DNA of 64,000 nt from positions 42,816-106,815 of the forward strand of contig JAYQSP010000011.1 of the NCBI GenBank assembly GCA_038146925.1, read 5' to 3'. A program made the translations under genes and the position numbers. Under the pieces are notes generated by a model that was not told where the DNA came from, did no database searches, and saw nothing but the letters and a program-made list of their open reading frames with translations. This document shows, in pieces, positions 40,908 to 52,760 of this stretch (position 1 is its first letter; every line of letters begins with the position of its first letter). Origin of the DNA: Alphaproteobacteria bacterium (GTDB lineage Bacteria > Pseudomonadota > Alphaproteobacteria > MPNO01 > UBA830).

Positions 40908-41444
40908 ATGGCCTTGCTGCCCATCATCACCGCCCCCGATCCGCGCCTTAAAAGGGTCGCGACGCCTGTCGAATCCGTCGACGACGACGTGCGACGACTG
41001 ATGGACGACATGCTGGAAACCATGTACGCCGCGCCGGGCGTCGGGCTGGCTGCGCCGCAGGTCGGCGTACTGAAACGGGTGATCGTCGCCGATGTTGCCC
41101 GGACCGGCGAAGAACCGCAGCCGATGTGCCTGGCAAACCCGGAAATCGTCGGCGCTTCCGAAGAGATTTCCGTGTTCGAGGAGGGTTGCCTGTCGTTGCC
41201 GGAACACTTTGCCGAGGTGAAACGGCCTGACAAGGTGCGGATCCGGTATCTGGATTACGAAAACGAAATCCGCGAACAGGATATGGACGGTTTTCTGGCG
41301 ACCTGCATCCAGCACGAGATCGATCACCTCGACGGCGTACTGTTCGTCGACCGCATCTCCAGCCTGAAGCGCGGCATGATCCTGCGCAAACTGACGAAGC
41401 TCAAAAAAGCCGACGCCAAGGCCGCCGAAAAAGCGGGCGTCTGA
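40908..41444 (+). CDS. def: Peptide deformylase.
   Basis: 178 aa. [13 protein letters not shown] and HEIDHL motifs. Confidence 0.95.
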   Translation: MALLPIITAPDPRLKRVATPVESVDDDVRRLMDDMLETMYAAPGVGLAAPQVGVLKRVIVADVARTGEEPQPMCLANPEIVGASEEISVFEEGCLSLPEHFAEVKRPDKVRIRYLDYENEIREQDMDGFLATCIQHEIDHLDGVLFVDRISSLKRGMILRKLTKLKKADAKAAEKAGV

Positions 41445-41455
41445 GGGGTTTCCCG

Positions 41456-42361
41456 ATGCGGGTCGTATTCATGGGCACACCCGATTTTTCCGTGTCCGCG
41501 CTGGCGGCGCTGATCGAGGCCGGTCACGAGATCGTCTGCGTTTATTCCCAGCCGCCCCGTCCGGCCGGGCGCGGTCACAGGGAAAAGCCGTCGCCGGTTC
41601 AGGCATTCGCGGAATCGAAGGGTCTCGCCGTTCGATATCCGGTCAGCCTCAAAGACGCAGAGGCCCAGGCGGATTTCGCGGCGCTCGACGCGGATGTCGC
41701 CGTTGTCGCGGCCTACGGGTTGATCCTGCCCAGGCCTGTCCTGGAGGCGCCCCGTCTGGGATGCATAAACATCCACGCGTCCCTCCTTCCCCGGTGGCGC
41801 GGTGCCGCGCCGATCCAGCGGGCCATTCTGGCGGGCGATACGGAAACCGGGATTACCATCATGCAGATGGACGAAGGGCTCGATACCGGCCCGATGCTGG
41901 CGGCCGAAGCCGTGCCGATTACCGGCAGCACCACGGCATCGGGCCTGCACGATGCACTGGCCGATATCGGCGGACGTCTGATCGTCGACGTGCTGTCGGG
42001 CGACCTGCCCCCCGCCGTGCCGCAACCGGAAGAGGGCGTCACCTATGCGGCCAAACTCGACCGTGCCGAGGGTCGCATCGACTGGACCGAAAGCGCGGCC
42101 GCCCTCGATCGTCGGGTGCGGGCGCTGAACCCCTGGCCCGGTGTCTGGTGCGAACGCGACGGCGAGCGCCTGAGGATACTGGCGGCCACTCCGGTGGACG
42201 GGAACGGAGATCCCGGAACCGTCATCGCCGAGCCCCTCACCATCGCGTGCGGCGACGGTGCATTGAAGGTCGAGCGGGTCCAGCGCGCCGGGAAATCGGC
42301 CATGCCGGCGGCCGATTACGCGCGCGGCAATCCGGCGGCGGTCGGCGCCGTTCTCTCATGA
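41456..42361 (+). CDS. fmt: Methionyl-tRNA formyltransferase.
   Basis: 301 aa. ...FMGTPDF..., ...[20 protein letters not shown]... Confidence 0.95.
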   Translation: MRVVFMGTPDFSVSALAALIEAGHEIVCVYSQPPRPAGRGHREKPSPVQAFAESKGLAVRYPVSLKDAEAQADFAALDADVAVVAAYGLILPRPVLEAPRLGCINIHASLLPRWRGAAPIQRAILAGDTETGITIMQMDEGLDTGPMLAAEAVPITGSTTASGLHDALADIGGRLIVDVLSGDLPPAVPQPEEGVTYAAKLDRAEGRIDWTESAAALDRRVRALNPWPGVWCERDGERLRILAATPVDGNGDPGTVIAEPLTIACGDGALKVERVQRAGKSAMPAADYARGNPAAVGAVLS

Positions 42362-43134
42362 CCCGCTGGAAACTGACCGTCGAATATGACGGCGGCAGTT
42401 ACGCCGGCTGGCAACGCCAGGACAACGGCCCGTCGATCCAGCAATCTATGGAAGAGGCCGTGTTCCGGTTTTGCGGCGAGGAGGCGCGCGTACACGGTTC
42501 CGGGCGGACGGATGCGGGCGTTCATGCGATTGCACAGGTTGCGCATGTCGATATCGAAAAGGACACGGACGCCCATACGGTCCGCGAAGCGCTGAATGCC
42601 CACATGCGCGAGGAACAGATCGTCGTGACGGAGGCAGTGGCGGTTTCGGACGATTTCCACGCCCGGGTTTCCGCCGTGGAACGTTCCTATCTGTATCGCA
42701 TCCTGAACCGCCGGCCGCGCCCGGCGCTCGATGCAGGGCGGGTCTGGCACGTGCCTTTGCCGCTGGACGTCACTGTCATGCACGATGCCGCGCAGGTGCT
42801 GGTCGGCCGTCACGACTTCACCAGTTTCCGCGCGGCGATGTGCCAGGCGAAATCGCCGGTGCGGACACTGGACGAACTGCGCGTTACCCGGGCGGGCGAC
42901 GAAATACACATTCATGCGCGCGCCCGGTCGTTCCTCCACCATCAGATACGTAACTTCGCGGGGACGCTGGAATTGGTCGGGGCGGGAAAATGGACGGCGG
43001 CAGACGTCGCCTCGGCGCTCGATGCGAAGGATCGTTCCGCCGCCGGGCCCACGGCGCCGCCGGACGGTCTGTATCTCGTGTCCGTCAAATATCCCGAAAC
43101 GGAATCCGGTCAGGCGCCCGCGGATCCCGCATAA
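42358..43134 (+). CDS. truA: tRNA pseudouridine(38-40) synthase.
   Basis: 258 aa starting [21 protein letters not shown]. The ATGA overlaps the fmt stop. ...[11 protein letters not shown]... catalytic Asp. Confidence 0.92.
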   Translation: MTRWKLTVEYDGGSYAGWQRQDNGPSIQQSMEEAVFRFCGEEARVHGSGRTDAGVHAIAQVAHVDIEKDTDAHTVREALNAHMREEQIVVTEAVAVSDDFHARVSAVERSYLYRILNRRPRPALDAGRVWHVPLPLDVTVMHDAAQVLVGRHDFTSFRAAMCQAKSPVRTLDELRVTRAGDEIHIHARARSFLHHQIRNFAGTLELVGAGKWTAADVASALDAKDRSAAGPTAPPDGLYLVSVKYPETESGQAPADPA

Positions 43135-43694
43135 AACGACTGCGTGATCACGTTGAGCGCCAGGGCCACCACCAGATCGATGGCGACGATCATAACGGCG
43201 GCAGGCGCCCGTATTTCCAGCGTGGAGACCGCGATAAACCCCTGATAGACAAGGATCGCGCCGACCGCGATCAGGCTGACGAAGCCTGACACCTGACCTG
43301 GCATCATACCGCTCGCGATCAGGGCGCTGATGGCGAGAAACAGGAACACCTGCAGGACGATGGCCCAGTTCCAGGCCGTCATGAAACGGTAGTAACGGTC
43401 GAACCGGTTCAGCGTATCGGTCAGGGCGATCATGATCAGCGGAAAAATCACCCAGCCGATGACATATGCGGAAGATTCCACGACCAGGATGCGAAACCCC
43501 GAGGCATTGACCGGGTTTTCCGCAAAGTTAAGGAGCACCAGCAGCGCGTAGGCTGGCAGGGCTATCGCCGCCGCATAGAACGATCGCCAGAACGCTTCCG
43601 GTGTGTTGTCGAAATACTGCGCCGCGGCGCGGTCGAATTTGGCGAACTGGCAGGCCCCGTATATCGACAGCGCGACCTCCCGGCTGGTGATCAT
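43110..43694 (-). CDS. Hypothetical polytopic membrane protein.
   Basis: 194 aa, 5 TM. Convergent 25-nt overlap with the end of truA. Confidence 0.5.
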   Translation of the reverse strand: MITSREVALSIYGACQFAKFDRAAAQYFDNTPEAFWRSFYAAAIALPAYALLVLLNFAENPVNASGFRILVVESSAYVIGWVIFPLIMIALTDTLNRFDRYYRFMTAWNWAIVLQVFLFLAISALIASGMMPGQVSGFVSLIAVGAILVYQGFIAVSTLEIRAPAAVMIVAIDLVVALALNVITQSFYAGSAGA

Positions 43695-44929
43695 GACGCC
43701 TGTGCCGCGATATCCGTGAAATAGCCTGACAGGATCGCCGCGTAGATGTCCGTGAGATCCCGGATATCCGCGACGGCGATACGCTCGTCGACCTTGTGCA
43801 TGGTCTGGCCGACAAGGCCGAATTCGGCGACCGGGCAGAAATCCTTGATGAACCGGGCGTCCGAGGTGCCGCCGGATGTACTGAGTTCGGGGGCAAGCCC
43901 GGTCGCCTGCTCGACGGATTTGGTAATCAGGTCGCTGAAATCGCCGGGCGGGGTCAGGAAGGCTTCACCCGATACCTTGATGTCCAGCTCGTACTGGCCG
44001 CCCACGGCTTCGCACTGTTCGTGCAGCCATTTGGTCAGGCTGTCGCCGGTATGAAGATCGTTGAACCGGATGTTGAATCCGGCGGTCGCCGAGGCGGGGA
44101 TCACGTTCGTCGCCGGGTTGCCGGTATCGACGGTGGTGAGCTGCAGGTTCGACGGCTGGAAGTGATCGGTGCCGCGGTCGAGTTCATGGGACGAGATCGC
44201 GTCCAGCATCCGCACCAGTCGGGGCAGGGGATTATCGGCCAGATGGGGATAGGCCGTGTGGCCCTGCACGCCGGTGACCGTCAGCCGGCCCGTCAGGCTG
44301 CCGCGGCGGCCGATCTTGACCATGTCGCCCAGCCTGTTGGGATTGGTCGGTTCGCCAACCAGGCAGACGTCGATGGTCTCGCCGCGATCTGCCATCCAGT
44401 CCAGCACCTTCTTGGTGCCGTTGATGGCCGGTCCTTCTTCGTCGCCGGTGATCAGCAGGCTGATCGACCCGGAGACGCCGCCGTCATTCCGGACCCGGCT
44501 TACCGCTTCCACGAAGGATGCGATGGCGCTTTTCATATCGGTTGCACCGCGGCCGTACAGAACATCTTCGATGATCTCGCCGCCGAACGGATCCACGGTC
44601 CAGGAGTCCGGGTTGCCCACCGGCACCACGTCGGTATGACCCGCGAAGCAGAAATTCGGACCGCTATCGCCCAGCCGCGCATAGAGATTGTCGACGTCCG
44701 GCGTGTCCGCATCGGAAAAAACCAGCCGGTGACAGACGAATCCGAGGTCTTCCAGCGCGCGTTCAAGCACGCCCAGCGCGCCGGCGTCTTCCGGCGTCAC
44801 GCTGGGACAGCGGATCAGGTCGCGGGCAAGTTCGACGGCGTCGACGATGACGGTCAGTCCCGCAACAGATCGTTGATCGAGGTCTTCGACCGGGTCTGTT
44901 CGTCGACCTGTTTCACGATGACCGCGCAA
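43691..44929 (-). CDS. dapE: Succinyl-diaminopimelate desuccinylase.
   Basis: M20 peptidase motifs ...FAGHTDVVP... and ...GRGATDMKS... The annotated Met at 44929 overlaps the dapD stop by 76 nt. The true start is likely internal or non-ATG, so the N-terminus is uncertain. Confidence 0.85.
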   Translation of the reverse strand: MRGHRETGRRTDPVEDLDQRSVAGLTVIVDAVELARDLIRCPSVTPEDAGALGVLERALEDLGFVCHRLVFSDADTPDVDNLYARLGDSGPNFCFAGHTDVVPVGNPDSWTVDPFGGEIIEDVLYGRGATDMKSAIASFVEAVSRVRNDGGVSGSISLLITGDEEGPAINGTKKVLDWMADRGETIDVCLVGEPTNPNRLGDMVKIGRRGSLTGRLTVTGVQGHTAYPHLADNPLPRLVRMLDAISSHELDRGTDHFQPSNLQLTTVDTGNPATNVIPASATAGFNIRFNDLHTGDSLTKWLHEQCEAVGGQYELDIKVSGEAFLTPPGDFSDLITKSVEQATGLAPELSTSGGTSDARFIKDFCPVAEFGLVGQTMHKVDERIAVADIRDLTDIYAAILSGYFTDIAAQAS

Positions 44930-45711
44930 TACAGGCTCGGCCCGTCGCTGCCGTCGGGCAGTTTCTTGCCGGGCATCGTGCCGGGCACGACGACCGAATA
45001 GGCAGGCACGCGGCCGGAATGGACCTCGCCCGTCTCGCGGTTGACGATCTTGGTCGACTGGCCGAGGAACACGCCCATCGACAGCACGGCCCCTTCTTCG
45101 ACGATCACGCCTTCGGCCACTTCGGACCGCGCGCCGATAAAGCAGTTATCCTCGATGATGACCGGATCGGCCTGCAGAGGCTCCAGCACGCCGCCGATGC
45201 CGACGCCTCCCGAAATATGGCAGTCCTTGCCGATTTGCGCACAGGATCCGACGGTCGCCCAGGTATCCACCATTGTGCCGGAATCCACATAGGCGCCCAG
45301 GTTGACGAAACTCGGCATCAGCACGACGCCCGGCGCCAGAAAGGCGGAGCGGCGCACCGTGCAGTTCGGGACCGCGCGAAAACCGGCGTCGCGGAATTTG
45401 GCTTCGTCCCAGCCCGCGAATTTGGACGGCACCTTGTCGAACCACGGGCTGTCGCCGATCCCGGGGAAAGAGGGCCCGCCCGGCAGCGGTGCCATGTCGA
45501 AGATCCGGAACGACAGCAGCACCGCTTTTTTCAGCCACTGATTGACAGTCCAGCCGTCCGCACCTTTCTCCGCGACGCGCAGGGTGCCGGAATCCAGGCC
45601 CTCCAGCGCGGCGTCGATGGCGTCGCGCGCCTCGCCCGTGGTGTCCGGTGTGATGCTGTCCCGGTCGTCCCAGGCGCGGTCGATAGCTTGTTCGAGTGCG
45701 GTGTCGCTCAT
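44854..45711 (-). CDS. dapD: 2,3,4,5-tetrahydropyridine-2,6-dicarboxylate N-succinyltransferase.
   Basis: 285 aa. Hexapeptide-repeat left-handed beta-helix region. Typical alphaproteobacterial dapD adjacent to dapE. Confidence 0.92.
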   Translation of the reverse strand: MSDTALEQAIDRAWDDRDSITPDTTGEARDAIDAALEGLDSGTLRVAEKGADGWTVNQWLKKAVLLSFRIFDMAPLPGGPSFPGIGDSPWFDKVPSKFAGWDEAKFRDAGFRAVPNCTVRRSAFLAPGVVLMPSFVNLGAYVDSGTMVDTWATVGSCAQIGKDCHISGGVGIGGVLEPLQADPVIIEDNCFIGARSEVAEGVIVEEGAVLSMGVFLGQSTKIVNRETGEVHSGRVPAYSVVVPGTMPGKKLPDGSDGPSLYCAVIVKQVDEQTRSKTSINDLLRD

Positions 45712-45780
45712 GTTCCTGTCACTTTGCCCCGTTTAAATCCGGCGGGAATATAGAGGATTTCCGCCGCCGGTGGAAACCGC

Positions 45781-46476
45781 TCAGCGGCGTTTAATCGTCT
45801 CTTTCAGCCACGTCGTCAGATCGTCCGTAACGTGATCTATATGACCGGTTTCCGTAATACCCTTTGCCCAGTCCGTGTCGGTGCGCACCCAGACGGTCGT
45901 CATGCCGAGCTCCGCCGCGGGTTCGAGGTTGCGGGGAATGTCTTCGACCATCGCTGCACGGGCCGGGTCGATGCCGTGCAGATCGCACAGCCGCCGGTAG
46001 GAATCGATCGCGGGCTTGGGCACGAAATCCGCATCGCTGATATCGAATACGCCGTCGAAATGATCGGTGATCCCGATCCGTTCCATGACGTCGCGCGTGT
46101 GTTCGGTAAATGCATTCGTATAGACGAACTTCCGACCGTCGAGCCCGGCCAGCGTTTCCGCGAGATGCGGGTCGGGCGTCACATCGTTCAAATCCAGCTG
46201 CGACAGATGTTCGATGTAGTCCTGCGGGTCGAGCCCGTGTTCCACCATCAGACCGCGCAGCGTCAGCCCGTGGGTACGGAAGTATCCTTTCTGGATGCGG
46301 CGTGCTTCGACGCGGTCTACGCCGAGGAAATCCGCGATGAACGATCCCATAAGCTCGTCGATCTGCGCCAGCATTTCCGGGGTCGTCCGGTACAGCGTGT
46401 TGTCCAGGTCGAATATCCAGAAATCGATGTGATCGAGGCCGTCCGGCGACGGTCCGTTCGTATTGGGTTCTGTCAT
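45781..46476 (-). CDS. HAD-family pyrimidine 5'-nucleotidase-like hydrolase.
   Basis: 231 aa. HAD motif I FDLDNTLY, plus motif III/IV-like blocks. Confidence 0.8.
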   Translation of the reverse strand: MTEPNTNGPSPDGLDHIDFWIFDLDNTLYRTTPEMLAQIDELMGSFIADFLGVDRVEARRIQKGYFRTHGLTLRGLMVEHGLDPQDYIEHLSQLDLNDVTPDPHLAETLAGLDGRKFVYTNAFTEHTRDVMERIGITDHFDGVFDISDADFVPKPAIDSYRRLCDLHGIDPARAAMVEDIPRNLEPAAELGMTTVWVRTDTDWAKGITETGHIDHVTDDLTTWLKETIKRR

Positions 46477-46632
46477 TCGGAGAATTTGGCCGTGCAGGGA
46501 CCGCAGCGCAAGGAATCGTTAAGGGCCGGCCCGTAGAATGGCTGTTAAGGGTTCAAAAACCGGCAAATCGCTCCATGACCGCGCAGGAAGGACCAGAATA
46601 TATGGACAACCTGAAGAAGGAACGCGATCGTT

Positions 46633-47169
46633 TTGTCGCGCTTGCCTTCTGCGCCGCTGATCGGCCGGCCGACCCTGTCGGGGAAGGCGGCCACGAGCCG
46701 GTCGCGCTACGTGACGGAAGCGTTGCTGGAAAAGCTGCGCGACCGTGACGATCTGGACCCGTCCGTGGCGAAAGCGGTCGGCGAAAGCATGCGGCGACGC
46801 GATGATACGCCGAAAGCGGAAGGCGCCGAAACGGATCGTGAAAAGGTTAAGCGTCTGCATCTCGACGGCGAGCTTGACGAAGAAGCCGTGAAATCGGCGG
46901 TTATGCGCGGCGAACGCGTGTTCGTGGTCGAAGCGATAGCGTCGCTTGGCCGGTTGGATACGACAGTTGTGCAGAAGGCTTTTTCCCGTGCCAGCGCCAA
47001 GGGCGTTTCGGCGATGGCCTGGAAAGCGGGCCTTTCCGCGGAACTGGCGCACCAGATGCAGCTTCGCCTTGCCAAGGTGCCGCCGGACGAGGCGATCAAA
47101 CCGGTCGGCGGCGGCTATGCGATGTCCGACGACGATCTCGACTGGCAGATAGAGTTTTTCGGCGGTTGA
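46633..47169 (+). CDS. Hypothetical protein. N-terminus uncertain (TTG start in the track).
   Basis: 178-aa frame with GC3 bias and balanced composition. A 49-aa ATG ORF (46603) overlaps in another frame. Confidence 0.45.
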   Translation: MSRLPSAPLIGRPTLSGKAATSRSRYVTEALLEKLRDRDDLDPSVAKAVGESMRRRDDTPKAEGAETDREKVKRLHLDGELDEEAVKSAVMRGERVFVVEAIASLGRLDTTVVQKAFSRASAKGVSAMAWKAGLSAELAHQMQLRLAKVPPDEAIKPVGGGYAMSDDDLDWQIEFFGG

Positions 47170-47221
47170 TGCAGGACCCGCAGGTTCTCCACAGGGGGGT
47201 GCCGCCTGGAATGATAACGCT

Positions 47222-48151
47222 TTAGCTTTTCTTCGCCCGGATCATCGTCCCGGCGCCGTGTTCCGTGAAAATTTCGAGCAGCAATGCGTGCGGCACGCGG
47301 CCGTCCATGATGACCGCTGCCTCGACGCCGTCTTTCACCGCGTCCAGGCAGGTTTCGATCTTCGGAATCATGCCGCCTGAAATCGTTCCGTTCTTGATCA
47401 GTGTCCGGGCCTGACGTGCCGTGATATCGGTGATCAGCTCGCTCTTCTTGTCGAGCACGCCGACCACGTCCGTCAGCATCAGAAGACGCGTCGCGCCGAT
47501 CGCGCCGGCGATCGCGCCCGCAGCCGTATCGGCGTTGATATTGTACGTCGTTCCCCTGGCGCCTATGCCGAGCGGTGCGATCACCGGGATCATGTGCGAA
47601 CCGGCCAGCGTATCCAGCACCTTGGTATTGATGGCATAGGGCTCGCCGACGAATCCCAGGTCGACGGCCTTCTCGATGTTCGAATCCGTTTTGCGTTTGT
47701 GCTTCAGCTTGCGGGCCTGGATCAGGTTGCCGTCCTTGCCTGAGATGCCCACCGCGGTGCCGCCGGCGTCGTTGATCGCGGTGACGACTTCCTTGTTGAT
47801 CGATCCCGCCAGAACCATTTCGACGATGTCGACCGTCCGTTTGTCGGTGACGCGCAGGCCGTCGACGAATTCGCTTTCGATCTTCATCTGTTTGAGCATG
47901 GCGCCGATCTGTGGCCCGCCGCCATGCACGATGACCGGATTTATGCCGACCTGTTTCAGCAGCACGATGTCGCTGGCGAACTGTTCCGCCAGCTTCTCGT
48001 CGCCCATCGCGTGGCCGCCGTATTTGATAACGAAGGTCTTGCCGCTGAATTCCTGCAGATAGGGCAGGGCTTCGGTCAGGGTTTCCGCGGTGCGCAGCAG
48101 AGATTTGATTTCGAAGATGTTCTTGGGGTCGGATTTTTTTGTCGATGCCAT
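47222..48151 (-). CDS. argB: Acetylglutamate kinase.
   Basis: 309 aa from Met at 48151 ([17 protein letters not shown]...). ...VIKYGGHAM..., ...VHGGGPQI... The upstream 73 codons in the track ORF are an extension. Confidence 0.92.
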   Translation of the reverse strand: MASTKKSDPKNIFEIKSLLRTAETLTEALPYLQEFSGKTFVIKYGGHAMGDEKLAEQFASDIVLLKQVGINPVIVHGGGPQIGAMLKQMKIESEFVDGLRVTDKRTVDIVEMVLAGSINKEVVTAINDAGGTAVGISGKDGNLIQARKLKHKRKTDSNIEKAVDLGFVGEPYAINTKVLDTLAGSHMIPVIAPLGIGARGTTYNINADTAAGAIAGAIGATRLLMLTDVVGVLDKKSELITDITARQARTLIKNGTISGGMIPKIETCLDAVKDGVEAAVIMDGRVPHALLLEIFTEHGAGTMIRAKKS

Positions 48152-48201
48152 CGGAGTTTCTCGGGCAAACGCGTCCGAAGACGCAATGGAAGGGTTCGCG
48201 T

Positions 48202-48858
48202 TTAGCGGATATCGGCGAGCATTGCCAGTTCGGCGCGCAGGGTTTCGATACCGTCGTTTTTGACCGAACTGGTTTGAATGATCGTCGGGTGGGCGGCGAC
48301 ATGTCTGGCAATCCGGTTCGCCGTCGCGTCGGTGAGGCGCGCCAGGGCGCCGGGTTTCACCTTGTCGCATTTTGTCAGGACGATCTGATAGGACACCGCG
48401 GCGTCGTCCAGGTCCTTCATCACGTCGATGTCCTTGTCTTTCAGGCCGTGGCGCGCGTCGATCAGCAGACAGACCCGGCGCAGCGAAGGCCGGCCGCGCA
48501 GATAGTCGAATATCAGTCCGGTCCAGCGTCGGATTTCGGTTTTCGAGGCCTTGGCATAGCCGTAGCCCGGCAGGTCAGCCAGCATCAACGCATCCTGCAG
48601 CCGGAAGAAATTGATCTGCTGGGTCCGCCCCGGCGTGTTCGATGTCCGCGCCAGGGTCTTGCGGCCGGTCAGGGCGTTTATCAGGCTGGATTTGCCGACA
48701 TTCGACCGGCCGACGAAGGCGATTTCAGGCAGGTCGGCGTCCGGTACGCCGTCATAGTTCGCGGCGCCGGAAACGAACACGCATTCCTGCGCGAAAAGCC
48801 AGCGGCCGCGTTCCTGCAGTTCCGGGTCGAGTTCCTGTCCGTCCGGTGCATCCGTCAT
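48202..48858 (-). CDS. engB: Ribosome-biogenesis GTPase YihA/EngB.
   Basis: 218 aa. G1 [10 protein letters not shown]3 DLPGYG, G4 TKCDK. Confidence 0.92.
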   Translation of the reverse strand: MTDAPDGQELDPELQERGRWLFAQECVFVSGAANYDGVPDADLPEIAFVGRSNVGKSSLINALTGRKTLARTSNTPGRTQQINFFRLQDALMLADLPGYGYAKASKTEIRRWTGLIFDYLRGRPSLRRVCLLIDARHGLKDKDIDVMKDLDDAAVSYQIVLTKCDKVKPGALARLTDATANRIARHVAAHPTIIQTSSVKNDGIETLRAELAMLADIR

Positions 48859-48881
48859 GACCGGGGCTCCGTTGGTTGAAG

Positions 48882-50888
48882 TCAGCGGCGCTTGCGCTGG
48901 CGGCGGGTCTTGCCCTTCGACTTGGCTTTCGCATTGGGCTTGGGCGGCGGGGCGGGTTTGTCGCCGTTGTCACCGTCGTCGCCGCTGTCACCGTCGCCCC
49001 GACCCTCGCCGTCTTTGTCGGCTTTCTTTTTTCTGTTCCCGCGCGGCGGTGCTTTCGGCGGCTCTTCGTTTATTGCCTCGCCCGATGCGGTGATCCCCAT
49101 CTGGCGCATGATCAGCCACTGCTGACCGATCGAGAGTGTATTGTTCCAGGCCCAGTAGATCACCAGCCCGGCCGGGAAGCCGCCGAGCAGGAAGGTGAAA
49201 ACGATCGGCAGCACCATGAATATCTTGGCCTGCATCGGGTCGGCGGGCTGCGGATTCAGCTTCTGCTGCAGGAACATCGTCAGGCCCATGATGATCGGCC
49301 AGATGCCGATATTCACGATGGCCAGAGCCTGCGGCACATCCCAGGGAACAAGTCCGAACAGGATCAGAATGCCGAGCGGATCCGGCGCCGACAGATCCTG
49401 GATCCAGCCGAAAAACGGCGCGTGCCGCATTTCGATGGTGACGAACAGCACCTTGTAGAGGGCGAAGAAGACCGGAATCTGGATCAGGATGGGGAAACAG
49501 CCCGACATCGGGTTTGCCCCTTCCTTCTTGTACAGCTCCATCATCGCCTGGTTCTGGCGCTGTCGGTCGTCCTTATACCGGTCGCGGATTTCGACCATCT
49601 TCGGCTGCAGCTTCTTCAGCCGGCTCATCGAACGATAGGACTTGTTGGCCAGCGGGAAGAACGCGATCTTGATCAGCACCGTCAGCAGCAGAATGGCGAG
49701 CCCGAAATTGCCGAGGATGCGGTTGAAATATTCGATCGCGTAGAAGATCGGCTTGGTCAGATAGTAGAACCAGCCGAAATCGACCAGCTTGTCGAACACC
49801 GGCAGGCCGAGATTGTCGCGGTAGGAATCCAGAAGCCTGACCTCTTTCGCGCCGGCAAAAAGCTTTGTTGCGTACTCGCCCGTCTGACCCGGGGCCAGCA
49901 CGCTGGCCGATGCCAGATAATCCGCCTGGTATTTTTCCTTCGCGCCGCGCGGTGCGTTGTGGACCCAGCGACCCTTGTTCTCCGTTTTCTGATCCGGTAC
50001 CAGGGCGGTGGCAAAGTACTTCGCCGTGATCCCGATCCAGTTGCTCTGGCCGTCCGGTGCGATCACGCCGTCGTCTTCATCCTGCAGCGAACTGTAGCTT
50101 TCTTCCTGCAGGGTGCCGTCAAAGGCGCCCGTCATGCCTTCGTGCAGGATCCAGAAGCCCGATGTTTCCGGCGTGCCGGTTAGTGATATCAGGCCATAGG
50201 GATTCAGCGTGACCGATTTATCGCTGCTGTTTTTGACCTGCTGACGGATAGAGAACATGAAGTTCTCGTCGAGCGACACCACCTGGCTGAATTCAATGCC
50301 TTCCGGGTTGGTCCAGCGCAATGTGACCGGCGATCCGACCGACAGCGTATCCCGGTCGGCGGTCCAGACGGTGTCGGCGTCCGGCACGGTGATCCCGGCA
50401 GTCTGAGACACCCAGCCGAACTGCGCGTAGTATGGGTTCTCCGTATTCAGCGGCGAGAGGATGACGATGTTGGGACTGTCTTTTTTGATGGTCTGGCGGT
50501 AGTTGAGCAGCGTCAGATCGTCGATCAGCGCGCCTTTCAGGCGGATCGATCCGATAACGCGGTCGGTGGCGATCTTGATCCGGGGAAAGGCGTTCAGGAC
50601 CGCTTCCCGCGCCACTTTCGGTGCAACGGCGGGCTGTCCCGCGACCGGGGCGGTTGCGCCGGCGGTCGGTGCCGTTCCCGGAACGCCAGGTGCGGTTGCG
50701 GCGGGCGGGGTCGCTCCCGCCGGCACGCCCGGTTGCGCGGGCTGAACGGTCTGGCTCGCTTCCTTGGCCTTCTGCGCCTCACGCGCGGCGCGTTCCTGCT
50801 CCATACGCGGCGCTTCGATGAAAATCTGGAAACCCAGCAGGATGGAGACGCTGAGCACGATCGCCATGATGAGATTGCGTTGTTCCAT
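48882..50888 (-). CDS. yidC: Membrane protein insertase YidC.
   Basis: 668 aa. N-terminal TM, large periplasmic domain, conserved C-terminal 5-TM core (...GCFPILIQIPVFFALYKVL...). Basic/acidic low-complexity tail. Confidence 0.93.
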   Translation of the reverse strand: MEQRNLIMAIVLSVSILLGFQIFIEAPRMEQERAAREAQKAKEASQTVQPAQPGVPAGATPPAATAPGVPGTAPTAGATAPVAGQPAVAPKVAREAVLNAFPRIKIATDRVIGSIRLKGALIDDLTLLNYRQTIKKDSPNIVILSPLNTENPYYAQFGWVSQTAGITVPDADTVWTADRDTLSVGSPVTLRWTNPEGIEFSQVVSLDENFMFSIRQQVKNSSDKSVTLNPYGLISLTGTPETSGFWILHEGMTGAFDGTLQEESYSSLQDEDDGVIAPDGQSNWIGITAKYFATALVPDQKTENKGRWVHNAPRGAKEKYQADYLASASVLAPGQTGEYATKLFAGAKEVRLLDSYRDNLGLPVFDKLVDFGWFYYLTKPIFYAIEYFNRILGNFGLAILLLTVLIKIAFFPLANKSYRSMSRLKKLQPKMVEIRDRYKDDRQRQNQAMMELYKKEGANPMSGCFPILIQIPVFFALYKVLFVTIEMRHAPFFGWIQDLSAPDPLGILILFGLVPWDVPQALAIVNIGIWPIIMGLTMFLQQKLNPQPADPMQAKIFMVLPIVFTFLLGGFPAGLVIYWAWNNTLSIGQQWLIMRQMGITASGEAINEEPPKAPPRGNRKKKADKDGEGRGDGDSGDDGDNGDKPAPPPKPNAKAKSKGKTRRQRKRR

Positions 50889-50891
50889 GAC

Positions 50892-51137
50892 TTAGCGCCT
50901 GTCTGCTTCGGGCACGGGGTCGTATCCGCCGCTGCCCCACGGATGACACTTGCCGATCCGCTTCAGCGCCAGCCAGCCTCCGCGGGCCGCGCCGTGTTCG
51001 CGGATCGCCTCGATCGCGTAGCCGGAACAGGTCGGATGAAAGCGGCAGGTTTGCGGCAGGACAGGCGACACGAAAAGCTGGTAGCCGCGTACGACGCAGA
51101 TCAGCAAGATGCCGGGTAGTCTTTTCAATCGGTCCAT
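50892..51137 (-). CDS. yidD: Membrane protein insertion efficiency factor YidD.
   Basis: 81 aa. ...[27 protein letters not shown]... Confidence 0.88.
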   Translation of the reverse strand: MDRLKRLPGILLICVVRGYQLFVSPVLPQTCRFHPTCSGYAIEAIREHGAARGGWLALKRIGKCHPWGSGGYDPVPEADRR

Positions 51138-51150
51138 GCCGTCCCGTTTT

Positions 51151-51540
51151 CTAATGCGCCCGGTCGGGGGCGTCGTTGTCGTTATTCAACTCGCGCAACG
51201 CGCCGAGCTTTTCAAGACCTGTTTTCAGATCTTTCCTAAGCGCCGAAAAGTCACGCGACGGCGTCCCTTTACGTCCGATCAGGACATAATCGTATTCCGT
51301 CGACGCGATTGTCGGCAGTATTTCTTCCGCAACCGCGCGCAGTCGCCTGCGGGCGCGGTTGCGCGTCACGGCGTTTCCCACGCGCTTGCTGACCGTAAGT
51401 CCGTAGCGAGGTCCGTTGTCTCCCGTCCGGTCGTCGGACGGTTGGGGCGCGGCCTGGAGAACGATTCCGGGCGCGGCCCATTTGCGGTTTTCCGCGGCAA
51501 CTCGAAGGAACTGCCGCCGGGTTTTCAGGCGCTGGATCAT
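51151..51540 (-). CDS. rnpA: Ribonuclease P protein component.
   Basis: 129 aa. ...[11 protein letters not shown]..., ...[22 protein letters not shown]... Confidence 0.9.
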   Translation of the reverse strand: MIQRLKTRRQFLRVAAENRKWAAPGIVLQAAPQPSDDRTGDNGPRYGLTVSKRVGNAVTRNRARRRLRAVAEEILPTIASTEYDYVLIGRKGTPSRDFSALRKDLKTGLEKLGALRELNNDNDAPDRAH

Positions 51541-51553
51541 CGCGCCTGCGCAA

Positions 51554-51688
51554 TCAGGCGGACAGACGCTTACGACCCCTGGCGCGACGGCGGGACAGGA
51601 CCCGGCGACCGCCTACGGTTTGCTTGCGCGCGCGAAAGCCGTGCCGACGTTTGCGTACGAGGACGCTGGGCTGGAATGTACGTTTCAA
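51554..51688 (-). CDS. rpmH: 50S ribosomal protein L34.
   Basis: 44 aa from the TTG start at 51688: (M)[43 protein letters not shown]. The track's 82-aa ORF is an in-frame upstream extension. Confidence 0.88.
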   Translation of the reverse strand: MKRTFQPSVLVRKRRHGFRARKQTVGGRRVLSRRRARGRKRLSA

Positions 51689-51979
51689 GGCTTTCTCCGG
51701 CTTCAATCTGGTCGAAAAACTGGCCCGCTGTATAGTGTTTTGGCCAAGCCAAGTCAACGAAACTGCAACATTCGCCCGAAAGAACGAATTTTTACCCTTC
51801 ACGCTTTGTTGAGAGCGTGTTGATTAGGGTTGTTCTCCGCGAAAATCCAGATATCCGTGTGCGGGCGGCATCCGTCGTCCGTGTGTCGAAACCGGACAGG
51901 CAGTAAGATGACCCTCCACGCTTCCACGCCGTCATCCGACGGGGCTATACAGACAGGAAACCCGTCAAGGGGTGAGGAA

Positions 51980-52738
51980 ATGGCAGAGAACAGCGCTTCC
52001 GAGGCGGATAAACCGGAGAAGAAATCGGGCTTTTCGGCCGGTCGGGTGGTGCCGCTGGTCCTGCTCGCTGTCGGCCTCGCGGCGTTCTTTGTCTTCGATC
52101 TGAACCAATATGTGTCGCTTGATGCCCTGAAGACGCACCGGGAAACGTTGCAGTCGTGGGTCGTAAATTACGGCGTGCTGACGGCCGCGATTTTCATGCT
52201 GGTCTATGCGCTGGCGGTTGCCTTTTCCGTGCCGGGTGCCGTTTTTATCACCATCGCCGGCGGTTTTATGTTCGGCCCGTATCTCGGTACCGTCTATGTG
52301 GTTGTCGGCGCAACGATCGGGGCGGTCGGTGTGTTTCTCGCCGCCAAATACGCGCTCGGCGACGTTCTGCGGGCCAGGGCGGGTCCCGCCATCAAGCGCA
52401 TGGAAGCAGGTTTCAGAGAAAACGAGATGAGTTACCTGCTCATCCTGCGTCTGGTGCCGCTGTTTCCGTTCTGGCTGGTCAATCTGGTGCCGGCGTTTCT
52501 CGGCGTCAGCCTACGCACCTATACGATCGGCACCCTGCTCGGCATTATTCCCGGTGCGTTCGTCTATGCGCTGGTCGGTGATGGCGCCGGCGCGGTTCTG
52601 GACGCCGGCGGCGATCTGAACCTCGGCATTATCTTCGAGCCGCGGTTCCTGGCGCCGATCATCGGTCTGGCGGTTCTCGCCTGCATTCCCATCGTTTACA
52701 AGAAAATCAGGGGACGCAAAGACGTCCCGTCCGGCTGA
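51980..52738 (+). CDS. DedA/TVP38/TMEM64-family membrane protein.
   Basis: 252 aa from the Met at 51980 (GGTGAGGA RBS). DedA-like ...GFMFGPYLGT... re-entrant region. Confidence 0.82.
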   Translation: MAENSASEADKPEKKSGFSAGRVVPLVLLAVGLAAFFVFDLNQYVSLDALKTHRETLQSWVVNYGVLTAAIFMLVYALAVAFSVPGAVFITIAGGFMFGPYLGTVYVVVGATIGAVGVFLAAKYALGDVLRARAGPAIKRMEAGFRENEMSYLLILRLVPLFPFWLVNLVPAFLGVSLRTYTIGTLLGIIPGAFVYALVGDGAGAVLDAGGDLNLGIIFEPRFLAPIIGLAVLACIPIVYKKIRGRKDVPSG

Positions 52739-52760
52739 ACGGGCATTCGATCAACAGAAG

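Noticed and set aside
43796-45001. 401-aa plus-strand ORF across dapE
   Set aside because: Antisense shadow of the dapE M20-peptidase frame.
48876-50183. 435-aa plus-strand ORF across yidC
   Set aside because: Antisense shadow. The minus frame encodes a complete YidC.
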